A DNA stretch of 64,000 nt from an uncultured Methanosarcinales archaeon (lineage in GTDB: Archaea; Nanobdellota; Nanobdellia; Woesearchaeales; DATGWN01), in assembly GCA_964624275.1 (NCBI GenBank), contig CAZUXP010000002.1:497-64496 (forward strand). Direction: 5' to 3'. This document shows, piece by piece, positions 10,099 through 20,638 of this stretch (its first letter is position 1; each line of letters starts with the position of its first letter). Both the position numbers and the translations under genes were made by a program. The notes beneath the pieces were generated by a model. It was not told the origin of the DNA. It searched no databases and saw only the letters and a list, made by a program, of their open reading frames with translations.

Positions 10099-10532
10099 TT
10101 TATACTCTTAATAAAATTCTCACAGCAATTTTCTATAATATGAAACACTTCGTCAAAATTTAATTCATAATAAGGATCAGGTATTGATGATAATTTTGGT
10201 TCGTGAAAATCTCCTAACAATTGTACTTTTATTTTTTGTGTATCATTTTGACAGTATGAAAGTACATCTTGCATTCTCTCTGGATCGGAAACTAAAATAT
10301 AATCAAAGGTGTTAAGATCTTCAAATTGAAATTGTTGTGGTTTATGATTTATATCAATACCGTAATGCTTTGCAACACGCAGTGTTTTAGGATGTGCATT
10401 TGAAAAACTCAGTTCAGCATGTGTTCCAGCAGAATCAACAATCCAGTTTGGTTGTAATTTTTGTAAAATTGCATGCCCTGTTGGTGAACGACAGACATTT
10501 CCGTGACAGACAAAGAGTATCTTTTGTTTCAT
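10095..10532 (-). CDS. low-molecular-weight protein-tyrosine phosphatase / arsenate reductase family
   Basis: CX5R P-loop at the N-terminus (KILFVCHGNVCRS) and a DPYY motif near the C-terminus. The start is taken at the internal Met (MKQKILF). Confidence 0.8.
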   Translation of the reverse strand: MKQKILFVCHGNVCRSPTGHAILQKLQPNWIVDSAGTHAELSFSNAHPKTLRVAKHYGIDINHKPQQFQFEDLNTFDYILVSDPERMQDVLSYCQNDTQKIKVQLLGDFHEPKLSSIPDPYYELNFDEVFHIIENCCENFIKSIK

Positions 10533-10623
10533 AGTTTTTATGTGAGTATGAGTGTTTAAATAGATTACGACATAAAACTTTATAAACAAACTTATTTATA
10601 ATATGTACTAAAAGAGGTGTTTT

Positions 10624-11610
10624 ATGATTAAAGTAGCAATTAATGGTTTTGGCCGAATAGGTCGAATGGTGTATAGGGTTCTCAGAGAAGATAGTGATGT
10701 TGAAGTTGTTGCAGTAAACGATTTAACGGATACGAAAACATTAGCACATTTATTAAAATATGATTCAGTTCATACACGAATACCAAATGTGAGTTTTACT
10801 GATTCACAAATCGTTGATAATGGAAAACATATTCAAGTGTATGCACAAAAAGATCCATCTCAATTACCTTGGAAAGATTTAGACGTTGATGTTGTAATTG
10901 AGTCCACAGGTTTTTTTACAAAGCGTGAAAAAGCTGCATTACATTTACAAGCGGGTGCGAAGAAAGTTATTATTTCAGGACCAAGTGGTGATGCTGATAT
11001 TGTTATCGTAAAAGGTGTAAATGAGCATGATTATGACAAAGAAAAGCATCATATTATTAGTAATGCGAGTTGTACAACAAATTGTTTAGCACCAATGGTT
11101 AAAGTTTTAGATGATAATTTTGGTATTAAACGAGGATTTATGACAACAGTTCATTCATATACAGGTGATCAGCGTCTTGTAGATGCGCCACATAAAGATT
11201 TACGGCGTGCAAGAAGTGCAGCAGTCAGTCAAATTCCAACATCTACAGGAGCTGCAAAGGCAGTTGCACAAGTCATTCCAAAGATGGCTGGAAAATTAGA
11301 TGGCATGGCGATCCGAGTTCCAACACCTGATGGTTCAGTCACAGATTTTGTGTGCGAATTAGAAAAATCAACAACAATTGAAGAAATTAATTCGTTATTT
11401 CAAAGCGTTTCAAATAATCACCTAAAAAGTATTTTAGAATTTACCACAGATGAAATTGTTTCTCAAGATATTATTGGAAATCCACATTCAGTCATATTTG
11501 ATTCAAAATTAACAAAAGTGATGGATGGAAATTTTGTAAAAGTTATTGGATGGTATGATAATGAATGGGGTTATTCGAATCGTATGGTTGATATATTAAA
11601 ACTCTTATAG
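10624..11610 (+). CDS. gap: glyceraldehyde-3-phosphate dehydrogenase, type I (bacterial/eukaryotic type)
   Basis: NAD-binding NGFGRIGR, catalytic SNASCTTNCLAP, and an AGGTG Shine-Dalgarno sequence upstream. Confidence 0.9.
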   Translation: MIKVAINGFGRIGRMVYRVLREDSDVEVVAVNDLTDTKTLAHLLKYDSVHTRIPNVSFTDSQIVDNGKHIQVYAQKDPSQLPWKDLDVDVVIESTGFFTKREKAALHLQAGAKKVIISGPSGDADIVIVKGVNEHDYDKEKHHIISNASCTTNCLAPMVKVLDDNFGIKRGFMTTVHSYTGDQRLVDAPHKDLRRARSAAVSQIPTSTGAAKAVAQVIPKMAGKLDGMAIRVPTPDGSVTDFVCELEKSTTIEEINSLFQSVSNNHLKSILEFTTDEIVSQDIIGNPHSVIFDSKLTKVMDGNFVKVIGWYDNEWGYSNRMVDILKLL

Positions 11611-11689
11611 AGTCTTGTCAATACCGTATTTGTGAACTTTAATTTGGTTCACAATTTTATTTTTAACAATTAGTAACATCGTATAACTC

Positions 11690-11780
11690 TGTGGTTTTAT
11701 GACTACTGTCCATCTTGCCTAAATACGTTTGTGTACAAGGAAAAATCTTGTTTTCCGTGCACAAATAGATATTTTGTTTT
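11690..11780 (+). ncRNA. candidate small RNA or conserved intergenic element, copy A
   Basis: About 75% identical to 40990-41080 (shared TGTCCATCTTGCCnAAAT...TACAAGGAAAAA...TTTTyCnCGCACA). A TATA-like box lies about 27 nt upstream, and a hairpin plus T-run downstream. Confidence 0.3.
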
Positions 11781-11936
11781 TTCATGAATATTTGGAAAGT
11801 TATGTATTCTAAAGGTATTGAAGATATGGTTGTTCAACCATCAAAGTGTCCTATGACTTTATGTAAAATTTAATGCTTTTTTGTCGCCAACTATATTTTA
11901 GATAAATTTATTAACCTATTTAATTCCTAAAGGAGC

Positions 11937-12320
11937 ATGATATCAATAAGTGAATTAAAAAAATTCATCAATGAAACACATAAAAAACAAATGTTTGATT
12001 GTCGTAATATTGCAATTGATAATTATGAGGAAGAAATTATAACTCGAAATAATGAACTACAAAATTTTGCGAAACATTTTGAGGTTATGTTCAGTTCAAA
12101 TGAAGTAAGTGAAGAAAAGTTAATCGATGTTTATAGTTTGTATATACAACATATAATCAATTTTTTTGAAGCAGTTGAAAAAAAAACTTCTAATCTCACT
12201 AAAAGCGTTTTAAATGAACAACTAAATATGTTAATAAATAAGCACCAAAAACTTCAAGTAAGCAACATAGTATCGGTATCAACAATCGTGGATGAGTTGA
12301 TACAATTATGTAAAAAATAG
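11937..12320 (+). CDS. hypothetical all-helical protein
   Basis: 127-aa ORF with an AGGAG RBS, immediately upstream of the ParA-like gene. No recognisable motif. Confidence 0.4.
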   Translation: MISISELKKFINETHKKQMFDCRNIAIDNYEEEIITRNNELQNFAKHFEVMFSSNEVSEEKLIDVYSLYIQHIINFFEAVEKKTSNLTKSVLNEQLNMLINKHQKLQVSNIVSVSTIVDELIQLCKK

Positions 12321-12357
12321 GCAAACATTTATATATATCTCAGTAATTCAATTTGAA

Positions 12358-12379
12358 ATAGTTTTTCGCCAAAAACTAT
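12358..12379 (+). promoter_or_regulatory. perfect 9-bp inverted repeat ATAGTTTTT-CGCC-AAAAACTAT upstream of the ParA-like gene; a related half-site lies at 11877-11894
   Basis: Palindrome seen directly in the sequence. The related motif TTTTTGTCGCCAACTAT lies upstream of the preceding gene. Confidence 0.35.
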
Positions 12380-12396
12380 GAAAAAGGTGTTTTGTT

Positions 12397-13212
12397 TTGA
12401 GAAAAATTTGTATAATTAATCAAAAAGGTGGTGTTGGAAAAACAACTGTCACAGTAAATTTAGCAGCAGGTCTTGCACGAGCTGGTAAAAAAGTTCTGCT
12501 TATTGATTTAGACCCACAGGGCAATTTAGCAACATGTTTGCCAATTAGCGAAGAAAAAAAAAATATGTATCACATATTAATTGAAAATGCAAATCCGCTT
12601 GAATGTATTCATCGCGTAGCAATCAATTTAGATTTGATATCGTCAGATGAACAACTTACAAAAGCAGAATTATTATTAGCAACTGAACCTGCGCGTGAAT
12701 ATATTTTATCAAAGCGATTAAAATCAATTAAAAAATATGATTATGTATTTATTGACTGTCCACCATCATTGGGACTTTTAAATCAAAATGCTTTATTATA
12801 TTCACAAGAAGCTTTTATTCCAGTATCAACTGATACACTTGGTATAGATGCACTTGTAAAAATGGAAAAGGCAATTACTGTGCTAAATGACGTATTTTCA
12901 CATGATTTAGAAATAGGTAAAATAATCCCAACACAGTACGATAAACGAATTAAAATTTGTCGAACAAGTCTCGCTGAAATTCAAAATATTTCGTATGAAA
13001 AAGTCACAAATCCGATTCGCATAAATTCGAAAGTAAAAGAATGTGTGAGACATAAAAAGTCTATTTTTAGTTATGCGCCTTCAAGTCCAGGTGCCGTTGA
13101 TTTTAAAGAACTCGTTCGAAACATCTTATATCAAAACGAAATGGGTGACAGTGATGTTACACTTTCTTTAGATATAAAAGAAGGGAAAAAGCAAGCATCA
13201 TCTAAAAGTTAA
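12397..13212 (+). CDS. ParA/MinD/Soj-family P-loop ATPase
   Basis: Deviant Walker A NQKGGVGKTT, LIDLDPQGN, and Walker B YVFIDCPP. Confidence 0.85.
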   Translation: MRKICIINQKGGVGKTTVTVNLAAGLARAGKKVLLIDLDPQGNLATCLPISEEKKNMYHILIENANPLECIHRVAINLDLISSDEQLTKAELLLATEPAREYILSKRLKSIKKYDYVFIDCPPSLGLLNQNALLYSQEAFIPVSTDTLGIDALVKMEKAITVLNDVFSHDLEIGKIIPTQYDKRIKICRTSLAEIQNISYEKVTNPIRINSKVKECVRHKKSIFSYAPSSPGAVDFKELVRNILYQNEMGDSDVTLSLDIKEGKKQASSKS

Positions 13213-13218
13213 AAAAAT

Positions 13219-13517
13219 GGAAGGGAATAAGCCACCTTCTGTAAGATTTCACTTTTGTGAAGAATCTTTGGGAACATGTAACTAAGCGGATTAAACCTTG
13301 CACTTGTCAGGATGTCCGTTTCATCCATTCTTACATATAAACTCAGTTTGTTAACTCAATTCGGTTACCCAAATTTTCAAAACATCATCGCTAAATGTAA
13401 GGGGTCTCGTTTCTGTTACAGAGCCAATGATTACTCATTCTTAGTTTGCACCAAGTGACATACACGCAGTGGGTGGACTTTCCTCAGCAGTAACTACCGT
13501 CGGTTCCCTACCCTTCC
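13219..13517 (-). ncRNA. rnpB: RNase P RNA
   Basis: Minus-strand transcript with P1 formed by 5' GGAAGGG and 3' CCCUUCC. CR-I GAGGAAAGUCCACC lies near the 5' end and CR-V ACAGAAGGUGGCUUA near the 3' end, with a P4 pairing CCACC/GGUGG. The island is GC-richer than its AT-rich surroundings. Confidence 0.75.
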
Positions 13518-13585
13518 AAATTGTAGGAACAAATATTTATTTAAAAAAGTATGTATTATGTGGATATGAGATAGATGTTTCTAAT

Positions 13586-14710
13586 TTATCTCAAACATTG
13601 AATTACGAATAATTCAGATTTACCCATAGAAATAGTCTGTGTTTGAATTTTTTTAAAATATTCTTTTGCAATTTGACATACAAAATTACTATTGTTTGTT
13701 AAAAGTGTGATTGTTCCATTTTTTGAGAGAACTGCTAAACTTCGTTTGAAAAATTGGTGATACGTTTTTGACAATTTTGCTTGTGTGTGCTCTGAATAAT
13801 ATGGTGGAACAGTTATTATTTTATTAATTGAGTTTGGTTCAAATTTAGTGTCGATCCAATCAACATCAATTCGACTAACAGATATTGCAGGAAGTACACC
13901 TGCAATTTTTGCGTTTTTTTTTGTTGCATCAACACATTTTGCGAGGATATCGCTTGCAATAAGTTTTTGTGTTGGTTCTGTAATGTTTTTATCTATTTCT
14001 GATAACATATTTATTGATGTTTGAAAAAATGGTTTGAGGTTAAAAAGTGTTAAATCTTCTTTTTGATAAAATCGTGGACTTTTATTTGTGCAAAAAAATG
14101 CTGATTCAATCATAATTGAACCTGAACCGCAAAAAGGATCAAGTACGATATCTGTTTTTAAAACAGTACTTTTATACCATAATCCTGCTGCTACTGTTGA
14201 GCGAATTGTTGTAGGGGATGTGTAAATTTTATATTCTCTTTTTTCTAAATTACTCTGAACAAGGTCAATACCTATAAAAACTTGGTCGTGTAAGTATTGA
14301 ATATGGACTGTGACTACTGGTTTTGTTACATTGACTGTTGCATCAGGAATTTTTTTTTTAATTAAAGAACCGCAGAAGCTTCCAATTTCTTGCATATCTT
14401 CACCTAGTATTTTTGCAACAACTTTAAATGAATGTGTTTTATCAATCCATATATTCCAATCATATGCACTGATGACTTTTTCTAAATCTATTTTCATAGT
14501 TTGTTTTTCAAATTTAAAAGAATCGATATATGCTAAAACTTTTAGTGCAAGTTGGTTTTTATAAACATAAAAGATCGCTTGGTTGGTTGAACAGTTTTGA
14601 ATATAACAACATTGAGGGTATGGTGATGTTGCTTTTAGATGTAATATATGTTTGATTTCTTTAAGACATTCTTCTTCAAATCCTTTATCACAAAAAATGA
14701 GTAAGTTCAT
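13586..14710 (-). CDS. THUMP-domain tRNA (guanine-N2) methyltransferase (Trm14/TrmN-like)
   Basis: SAM motif I DPFCGSGSIMIESAFF and motif IV ITVPPYY, with an N-terminal THUMP-like region. Confidence 0.6.
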   Translation of the reverse strand: MNLLIFCDKGFEEECLKEIKHILHLKATSPYPQCCYIQNCSTNQAIFYVYKNQLALKVLAYIDSFKFEKQTMKIDLEKVISAYDWNIWIDKTHSFKVVAKILGEDMQEIGSFCGSLIKKKIPDATVNVTKPVVTVHIQYLHDQVFIGIDLVQSNLEKREYKIYTSPTTIRSTVAAGLWYKSTVLKTDIVLDPFCGSGSIMIESAFFCTNKSPRFYQKEDLTLFNLKPFFQTSINMLSEIDKNITEPTQKLIASDILAKCVDATKKNAKIAGVLPAISVSRIDVDWIDTKFEPNSINKIITVPPYYSEHTQAKLSKTYHQFFKRSLAVLSKNGTITLLTNNSNFVCQIAKEYFKKIQTQTISMGKSELFVIQCLR

Positions 14711-14807
14711 AAAAAAGTAACAAGTTTATCTTGTTTTTAAAGTGTTCTGTTTTGTATATTCTTATTCACAACAAACTATTTAAACTCAAACATAATCAAT
14801 ATATACT

Positions 14808-15377
14808 ATGACTCAAACAGAAGTTATTGACAACGAAAATATGCAAATTATTCATGGCGAAACATGTCCTATTTGTCTTAGAAAAACACTCACATTAATT
14901 GAAGAAGAACGTGAAATCCCATATTTTGGAAAAGTGTTTTTATTTGCGATGACTTGTCAACATGCTGAATGTGGTTTTCATAAATCAGATATTGAGGCTG
15001 CTGAAATTCGTGAACCTTGCTCTATTCAATTTGAAGTGAGTGGAGATGATGATTTATCAGTACGTGTGGTAAAAAGTGCTAATGCGACTGTTAAAATACC
15101 TCGTATTGTCACAATAGAATCTGATGAAACTGCTATTGGATATATTTCAAATATAGAGGGATTATTTAACAGAGTTAAATCTATTTTAGAATCTATTCGT
15201 GATTCATCAGATAATCCGGATGAAGTAAAAAAAGCTAAAAACCATCTTAAAAAGATTCAACGAATACTTTGGGGTAAAGATAAAATAACTATTACTATTG
15301 AAGACCCCTCGGGTAATTCTGCAATAATTAGTGATAAAGCAGTTGTAAAAAAGTTATCAAAACCCAAGAAAAAATAA
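14808..15377 (+). CDS. ZPR1-type zinc-finger protein
   Basis: CPICLRK...IPYFGKVFLFAMTCQHAEC matches the zf-ZPR1 pattern. Confidence 0.5.
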   Translation: MTQTEVIDNENMQIIHGETCPICLRKTLTLIEEEREIPYFGKVFLFAMTCQHAECGFHKSDIEAAEIREPCSIQFEVSGDDDLSVRVVKSANATVKIPRIVTIESDETAIGYISNIEGLFNRVKSILESIRDSSDNPDEVKKAKNHLKKIQRILWGKDKITITIEDPSGNSAIISDKAVVKKLSKPKKK

Positions 15378-15431
15378 TAAATACGTCTAAGTAGTCATTA
15401 AACTTATAAATATGTATAGATTTTTAAAATT

Positions 15432-16577
15432 ATGATTCGATATTTACAGAGATTACTTCCAACTCCAGGATATAAAAAAAAACATCTTATATTATTGGAA
15501 GATCTTTGTACAAAAGATGATTTTTTGTTTTTAAAGAAATATTTAAAGTCCGATCACATTTCAGTTGCTTATGAATCATTACAAACGAATTTTTTAAAAC
15601 ATCAAAAGTTCCCACAAATATTTCCAACAAAAGAGCAATCACCATTAAAGTCTCAAATAACTGAGATTAATGTATCTATAAAAAAAGAAGTTTTAAAGCG
15701 ATTTTATAGTGATTTTTCAAAATTAGCACCATATTTCTTTCCTCTCATTATGCGGGATGTTTCTGACTTAGATGCTGTTAAACGAACATTAATGCTTCAA
15801 TTATTTAGTTTAGATCCGATTCAAATTTTAATAATGGCAGATGAACGTGTACAAATAAAAGAATTAATAAAAACTGTTTGTTCATTTGACTCTCAGAGTA
15901 AAGTTGATGAAGCAGAAAATCTTAGTTTCGGAAAATTTTCACCTTTTTTATCTCTTAAACAAGGTATTTTTGCAGTTGAACATTTAGAAAAAATTGGTGA
16001 AAAAAAACAAGCTCAACTTGCAAAAGTATTACAATCAAACTCAATTTCTTATACGCAAGCAGATAAATCAAGACAAGAAGATATTAAATGTTCTTTTTTA
16101 GCTCATGCAACACCTCAAGGTGGGTTTTTTGTTGGAAAAGGGTTTGATATATTATTGAAACAAATACCATTCTCTCAAGATTTGCGTGATTCATTTCAAA
16201 TAATATTTTTAATTCGAGATATGAACAGACAAAAATTCAGTGATGTAATTGAGATTACAAAAGATATAGAGCAAGATTTACAAATACCTGATGAGTTAAC
16301 TCCTGAAGATATGGATTTTTTACAAGGTTATATAGAGTATGCACGTGATATAGAAGTCGATGTGCCAAATTCATGCGAGAAAATAATAACGGATTGGTCA
16401 GAAAAAGTTATTCAGGCAGATTATTTACAAGTCTCAAACATTTCAAAATCGCAACTAGTAGGTATAATTCGAATTGCAAAAGCAAATGCGCGTATGCATC
16501 TTCGAGATCAAGTAGGTGCGAAGGATTTAAAAATTGCATTTGATTTGCTCCAAACATCAATAGAAATTACAAATTAA
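15432..16577 (+). CDS. hypothetical protein
   Basis: 381-aa ORF with typical codon usage and no Walker or other catalytic motifs. Confidence 0.4.
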   Translation: MIRYLQRLLPTPGYKKKHLILLEDLCTKDDFLFLKKYLKSDHISVAYESLQTNFLKHQKFPQIFPTKEQSPLKSQITEINVSIKKEVLKRFYSDFSKLAPYFFPLIMRDVSDLDAVKRTLMLQLFSLDPIQILIMADERVQIKELIKTVCSFDSQSKVDEAENLSFGKFSPFLSLKQGIFAVEHLEKIGEKKQAQLAKVLQSNSISYTQADKSRQEDIKCSFLAHATPQGGFFVGKGFDILLKQIPFSQDLRDSFQIIFLIRDMNRQKFSDVIEITKDIEQDLQIPDELTPEDMDFLQGYIEYARDIEVDVPNSCEKIITDWSEKVIQADYLQVSNISKSQLVGIIRIAKANARMHLRDQVGAKDLKIAFDLLQTSIEITN

Positions 16578-16628
16578 CTATAAACTTATATATAAGCTTT
16601 ATAATTACACTAATTGGGGTTGTAACGA

Positions 16629-17321
16629 ATGAGTAAGGATGAACAATCAGTATTAACGTATGAAAAGTTATTCAATATTCTTCGTTCTGAAAAATCTGAT
16701 TTAAAAATTCAAAAACTGTCTGATTCATATTTTCAACAAATTGTTTCTTATTTACAATTAAAAACAAAAAGTGTTCAATCTGCAAAATCTTCTGATTTAT
16801 TTTCAAACGAACAGGTTGAAGCAGAACAACAACTTCGAAATGCGCAAAGACTTGTTCAAGATATTTATGATCGTCGAGAAAAAAAAGTTGTCACGTTGGC
16901 TTTAAACAAAAGTCGTTCGTCACAAAGTATGATAGATACAAGTTCATTACTTGTGCAAGAACAGGAATTATTATATGATTTAGTGTCCGTATTGTTAAAA
17001 TATCGAAAAAATATTTTACATTCGGTATTAAAACTTAATTTTGTTGATGATTCAGCTAAGTCAAATTCTGATGATTTACAACAAGTTACGAGTGTTGAAT
17101 CAAATTCAGCTGAAACGGATGATTCTCACCAAAACGAGAGTTCAGATTTATCGCCACAGAATCCGAAAGTTCAAGTCCAAATTTTAGAAGATATGGATCC
17201 TGTTACTGGTCCAGATATGCAAAAATACGGGCCGTTTTCAAAAGACGAAATTGTCGCTTTAGATGCAAAATTAGCAGCACTACTTGTCAAAGCAAAAAAA
17301 GTTTCATTGGTTGATTCGTAA
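16629..17321 (+). CDS. hypothetical protein; N-terminus resembles the GINS51 A-domain
   Basis: The YEKLFNILRSEKSDLKIQKLSDSYFQQIVSYLQ pattern (L..E...L..LpdsfY..v..yi..L) is typical of archaeal Gins51; acidic C-terminal half. Confidence 0.3.
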   Translation: MSKDEQSVLTYEKLFNILRSEKSDLKIQKLSDSYFQQIVSYLQLKTKSVQSAKSSDLFSNEQVEAEQQLRNAQRLVQDIYDRREKKVVTLALNKSRSSQSMIDTSSLLVQEQELLYDLVSVLLKYRKNILHSVLKLNFVDDSAKSNSDDLQQVTSVESNSAETDDSHQNESSDLSPQNPKVQVQILEDMDPVTGPDMQKYGPFSKDEIVALDAKLAALLVKAKKVSLVDS

Positions 17322-17549
17322 ATAGATCTTGAGTTAGTTTTTATATTTAACGACAGTAATATCGTATAACATATCTTCTCTAAAATTATTTTTTGTATGA
17401 AGCCGGTAATAGAAATATTTTATTTAACTTTAAATTAATCTCAGTGTAAAAAATAAGATACACACTTTATGTCAAATATAATTGATTTAAAAAAATAATA
17501 AAACCAATCACAAGGTAATATCCAGTATACAATAAAAATTTACTTACAA

Positions 17550-20440
17550 TTAGTAACCGCGCGCTGAAATTCTCGCAAAAGCTTGAATCTTACACGCCGG
17601 TTCTATCAACCCGATCTTTTATCGGAGTTTTTTAATGTCTTTTTTCAAGTCAGGTTTCGTGCTTAGATGCTTTCAGCACTTATCCCTTGGTGCGTAGCTG
17701 CCCAGCAATGCCTTATCAGACAACTGGTACACCAGTGGCACCGGTCCCTCGTTCCTCTCGTACTAGAAGGGCCTTACTTTCAGACATACTACAAATCTAG
17801 TAGATATCAAACAAACTGCCTCACAGCGTTCTGAACCCAGCTCACGATCCCTTTTAATGGGTGAACACCCCCACCCTTGGACGCTTCTGCACGCCCAGGA
17901 TAGGAAGAGCCGACATCGATGTAGCAAGCCTCGCCGTCGATATGAGCTCTCGGGCGAGACAACTCTGTTATCCCCGGAGTAACTTTTCAGTCATCCCCGA
18001 CCCCCACTAAGGAGGTACGGAGGTTCGCTAGACCACACTTTCGTGTTTGAGTTTGTTACTGTTCCAAACACAATCAGGCTGACTTATGCTCTTGCACTCT
18101 ACAGTGGATTTCTGACCCACTTGAGTCAACCTTTGGGCCCCGTCGATACATTTTCGACGGGGTGCCACCCCAGCCAAACTGTCCGACTGCTGATGTTCGT
18201 AATACAAATTACGTAAGTGGAGCAAACATCGTAGGATAGTGTTACATTGGTGCCTATTCCTAACCTAGCGACTAGGACTTCAAACGGCTACTATCTACGC
18301 TGGACAACAACATTTACTTCACAACAACAGCCTACAGTAAAGTTTCACGGGGTCTTCGCTTCCCACTAGATTTCTCCGGCCTTTGCACCGGAATGGAGTA
18401 TTCGGAGGATTGTTCGTAGGGACACTGTGAATCTCGTTACGCCATTCATGCAGGTCGTCAATTAAACGACAAGGCATTTCGCTACCTTAAGAGAGTTATA
18501 GTTACCCCCGCCGTTTACCTGATCTTAGCTCTGTTGAACCAAAGTTTTAATTACAGGCACTGGGCAGACGTCACCTTCTGTACTCACCCTTACGGGCTAG
18601 CAGAAAGTTATGTTTTTGTTAAACAGTCGGACTCACTTTGTTATTGAACCCTGCATTCGCACACATACATGCACAAGTACAGGGACCCTTTATACCGAAG
18701 GTACAGGGCTAATTTGTCGAATTCCCTTACGAACATTAATCCTTTACACTTTAGGCTTCTCACCTAGGGGCACCAGTGCTGGTTCTGGGTACGGCTTTTT
18801 GTAATTTTTCATTGTCTTTTTTTCACGGATTCCAGGCCTTCTCGAAATAGTTCATACAAACTACCATTCTATGCTTTACTCTGCTTCTCATTATAACAAT
18901 ACTCCACAGACTTATGCATATTAGCACGAGCGATAGCTCGTGTTCAAATAGCCCAAAATGTCAAATACAATGCTTGTGTCACCACGCATATACAAAAAGT
19001 ACAGGAATATTAACCTGTCTCCCTTTCCTTATTAGATCCGTTAGGATCGTAGTTAGGACCGACTAACTCTTCACTGATTTACATTGTGAAGAAACCCTTG
19101 CCCTTTCAGTGACGGTGATTCTCACACCGCTATGATCTTACTACCACCAGGATTCTTATTATTGAACGGTTCACACACACTTGCATGTATGCTTTTGCCC
19201 GAACAATACACCAGTCTACCATGTACAAACTTTGCACACCTAAAGTATCGGTAAATATCTTAGCCCCGTCCATCTTCAGAGCCCATTGTCTCGATAAGTA
19301 AGCTGTTACGCACTTATTATAGGATGGCTGCTTCTAAGCCAACCTCCTCACTGTCTTAGACAATAGACATCTTTTACTCATTAACACTTAGATATTATTT
19401 TGGGACCTTAACTTTAGTCTGGGTTGTTCCCCTCTCCGGACTAGGGCTTACCCCTAGCCCGCGTCTCCTTGCGTCTACAGTGTTACAACATTTTGAGTTG
19501 GACAAAGAACCGAGGGATTTCTCCCCCAAAATCCTAAATCCGTCGCTTTACAATTGTAACTACCTCGGCAAAGGCTTGACTACGGCCAACTTTGACTGGA
19601 ACCAGCTATCACCGCTCTCGATTGGCTTTTCACCCCTAACCCCAAGTTAAAAGAGCACTTGCACGTAGCACCTCTGCGGACCTCCACGATATCTTACTAT
19701 CGCTTCATCCTACTCAGGGTTAGATCGAGCGGCTTCGGGTCGTATCCATGTGACTTAAGGCGCTTATGACACCTTATCTCTCGCAAGCTGCAGAAAATTG
19801 GTTTCCCTACGGGTACCACGCGTTACGTGTTACCCTCGCCACACAAATACACTTCCTGGCACGTTATTCAAAACGTACGATAGAACTTTCGCCCTATCAA
19901 ACTATCACCATTAGGTTTCAGAGTCTTTTAACTCCCTATCAGAGGTTCTTTTCAACATTCCCTCGCGGTACTGTACGCTATCGGTCTTGGTAAGTATTTA
20001 GGGTTAGAAGTTAGTCCCTCCTATATTCACGCATAATTTCCAATATACGCTACTCTTTACCGCCTATGACTGTCTGTGTTCCTTTTACGGGGCTATCACC
20101 CTGTGTTGCGTTGCATTCCAGCAAACTTCAAATTACACAACGAAGCCTAGGGGCGGAACCACATCTCCTCTTTATTTCTAAAGACGATTCAGTTTGCCCT
20201 ATTCTGTTTTTAGTCGCTCTTACTCACAGAATCTCAATTGATTTATTTTCCTACGGGTACTAAGACGTTTCAATTCCCCGCGTTTCCCAACCTTATCGGT
20301 TTTATAGAGAAGTCTCATTCGGAAATCTTTGGTTCGAAGACTACATACATCTCGCCAAAGCATATCGCCGTTAGTCGCGTCCTTCTTCGGCATACCAAGC
20401 CAAGTCATCCACCTAATGGTTTACTTTATTTTTATTGTGT
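17550..20440 (-). rRNA. rrl: 23S ribosomal RNA (ends approximate)
   Basis: Reverse complement contains the sarcin-ricin loop CTAGTACGAGAGGAAC (about 17750), the 3' domain GTTGATAGAACCGGCGTGTAAG (about 17580), and 5' GGTGGATGACTTGGCTTGG...GAAGGACGCG (about 20400). Confidence 0.85.
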
Positions 20441-20638
20441 TGGATATTACCCTATGATTGGTCTCATTAAACGTGAAATGATAAATTTACACAAAATGTG
20501 TTTTTTTATCAAACGTAGCGGCTCGTAAGATTGCTACGCGCTTTAAACCCTTGACCCATAAGCATATGCTTACGTGCTGCAGCAACAAATTGTTGCGTTT
20601 GATTAGTGTTTAAACGGACTGCATTACATCCGAGTAAA

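Noticed and set aside
11690-11780. C/D-box sRNA interpretation of the conserved intergenic element
   Set aside because: No acceptable C (RUGAUGA) and D (CUGA) box pair at its ends.
13380-13420. Internal ACAGAAAC in the RNase P region, initially taken as CR-V
   Set aside because: The true CR-V (ACAGAAGGUGGCUUA) lies next to the 3' P1 strand. The internal match is coincidental or part of another helix.
17321-17550. Looked for a 5S rRNA or tRNA downstream of the 23S
   Set aside because: The region is AT-rich with no GC-rich ~120-nt element or cloverleaf.
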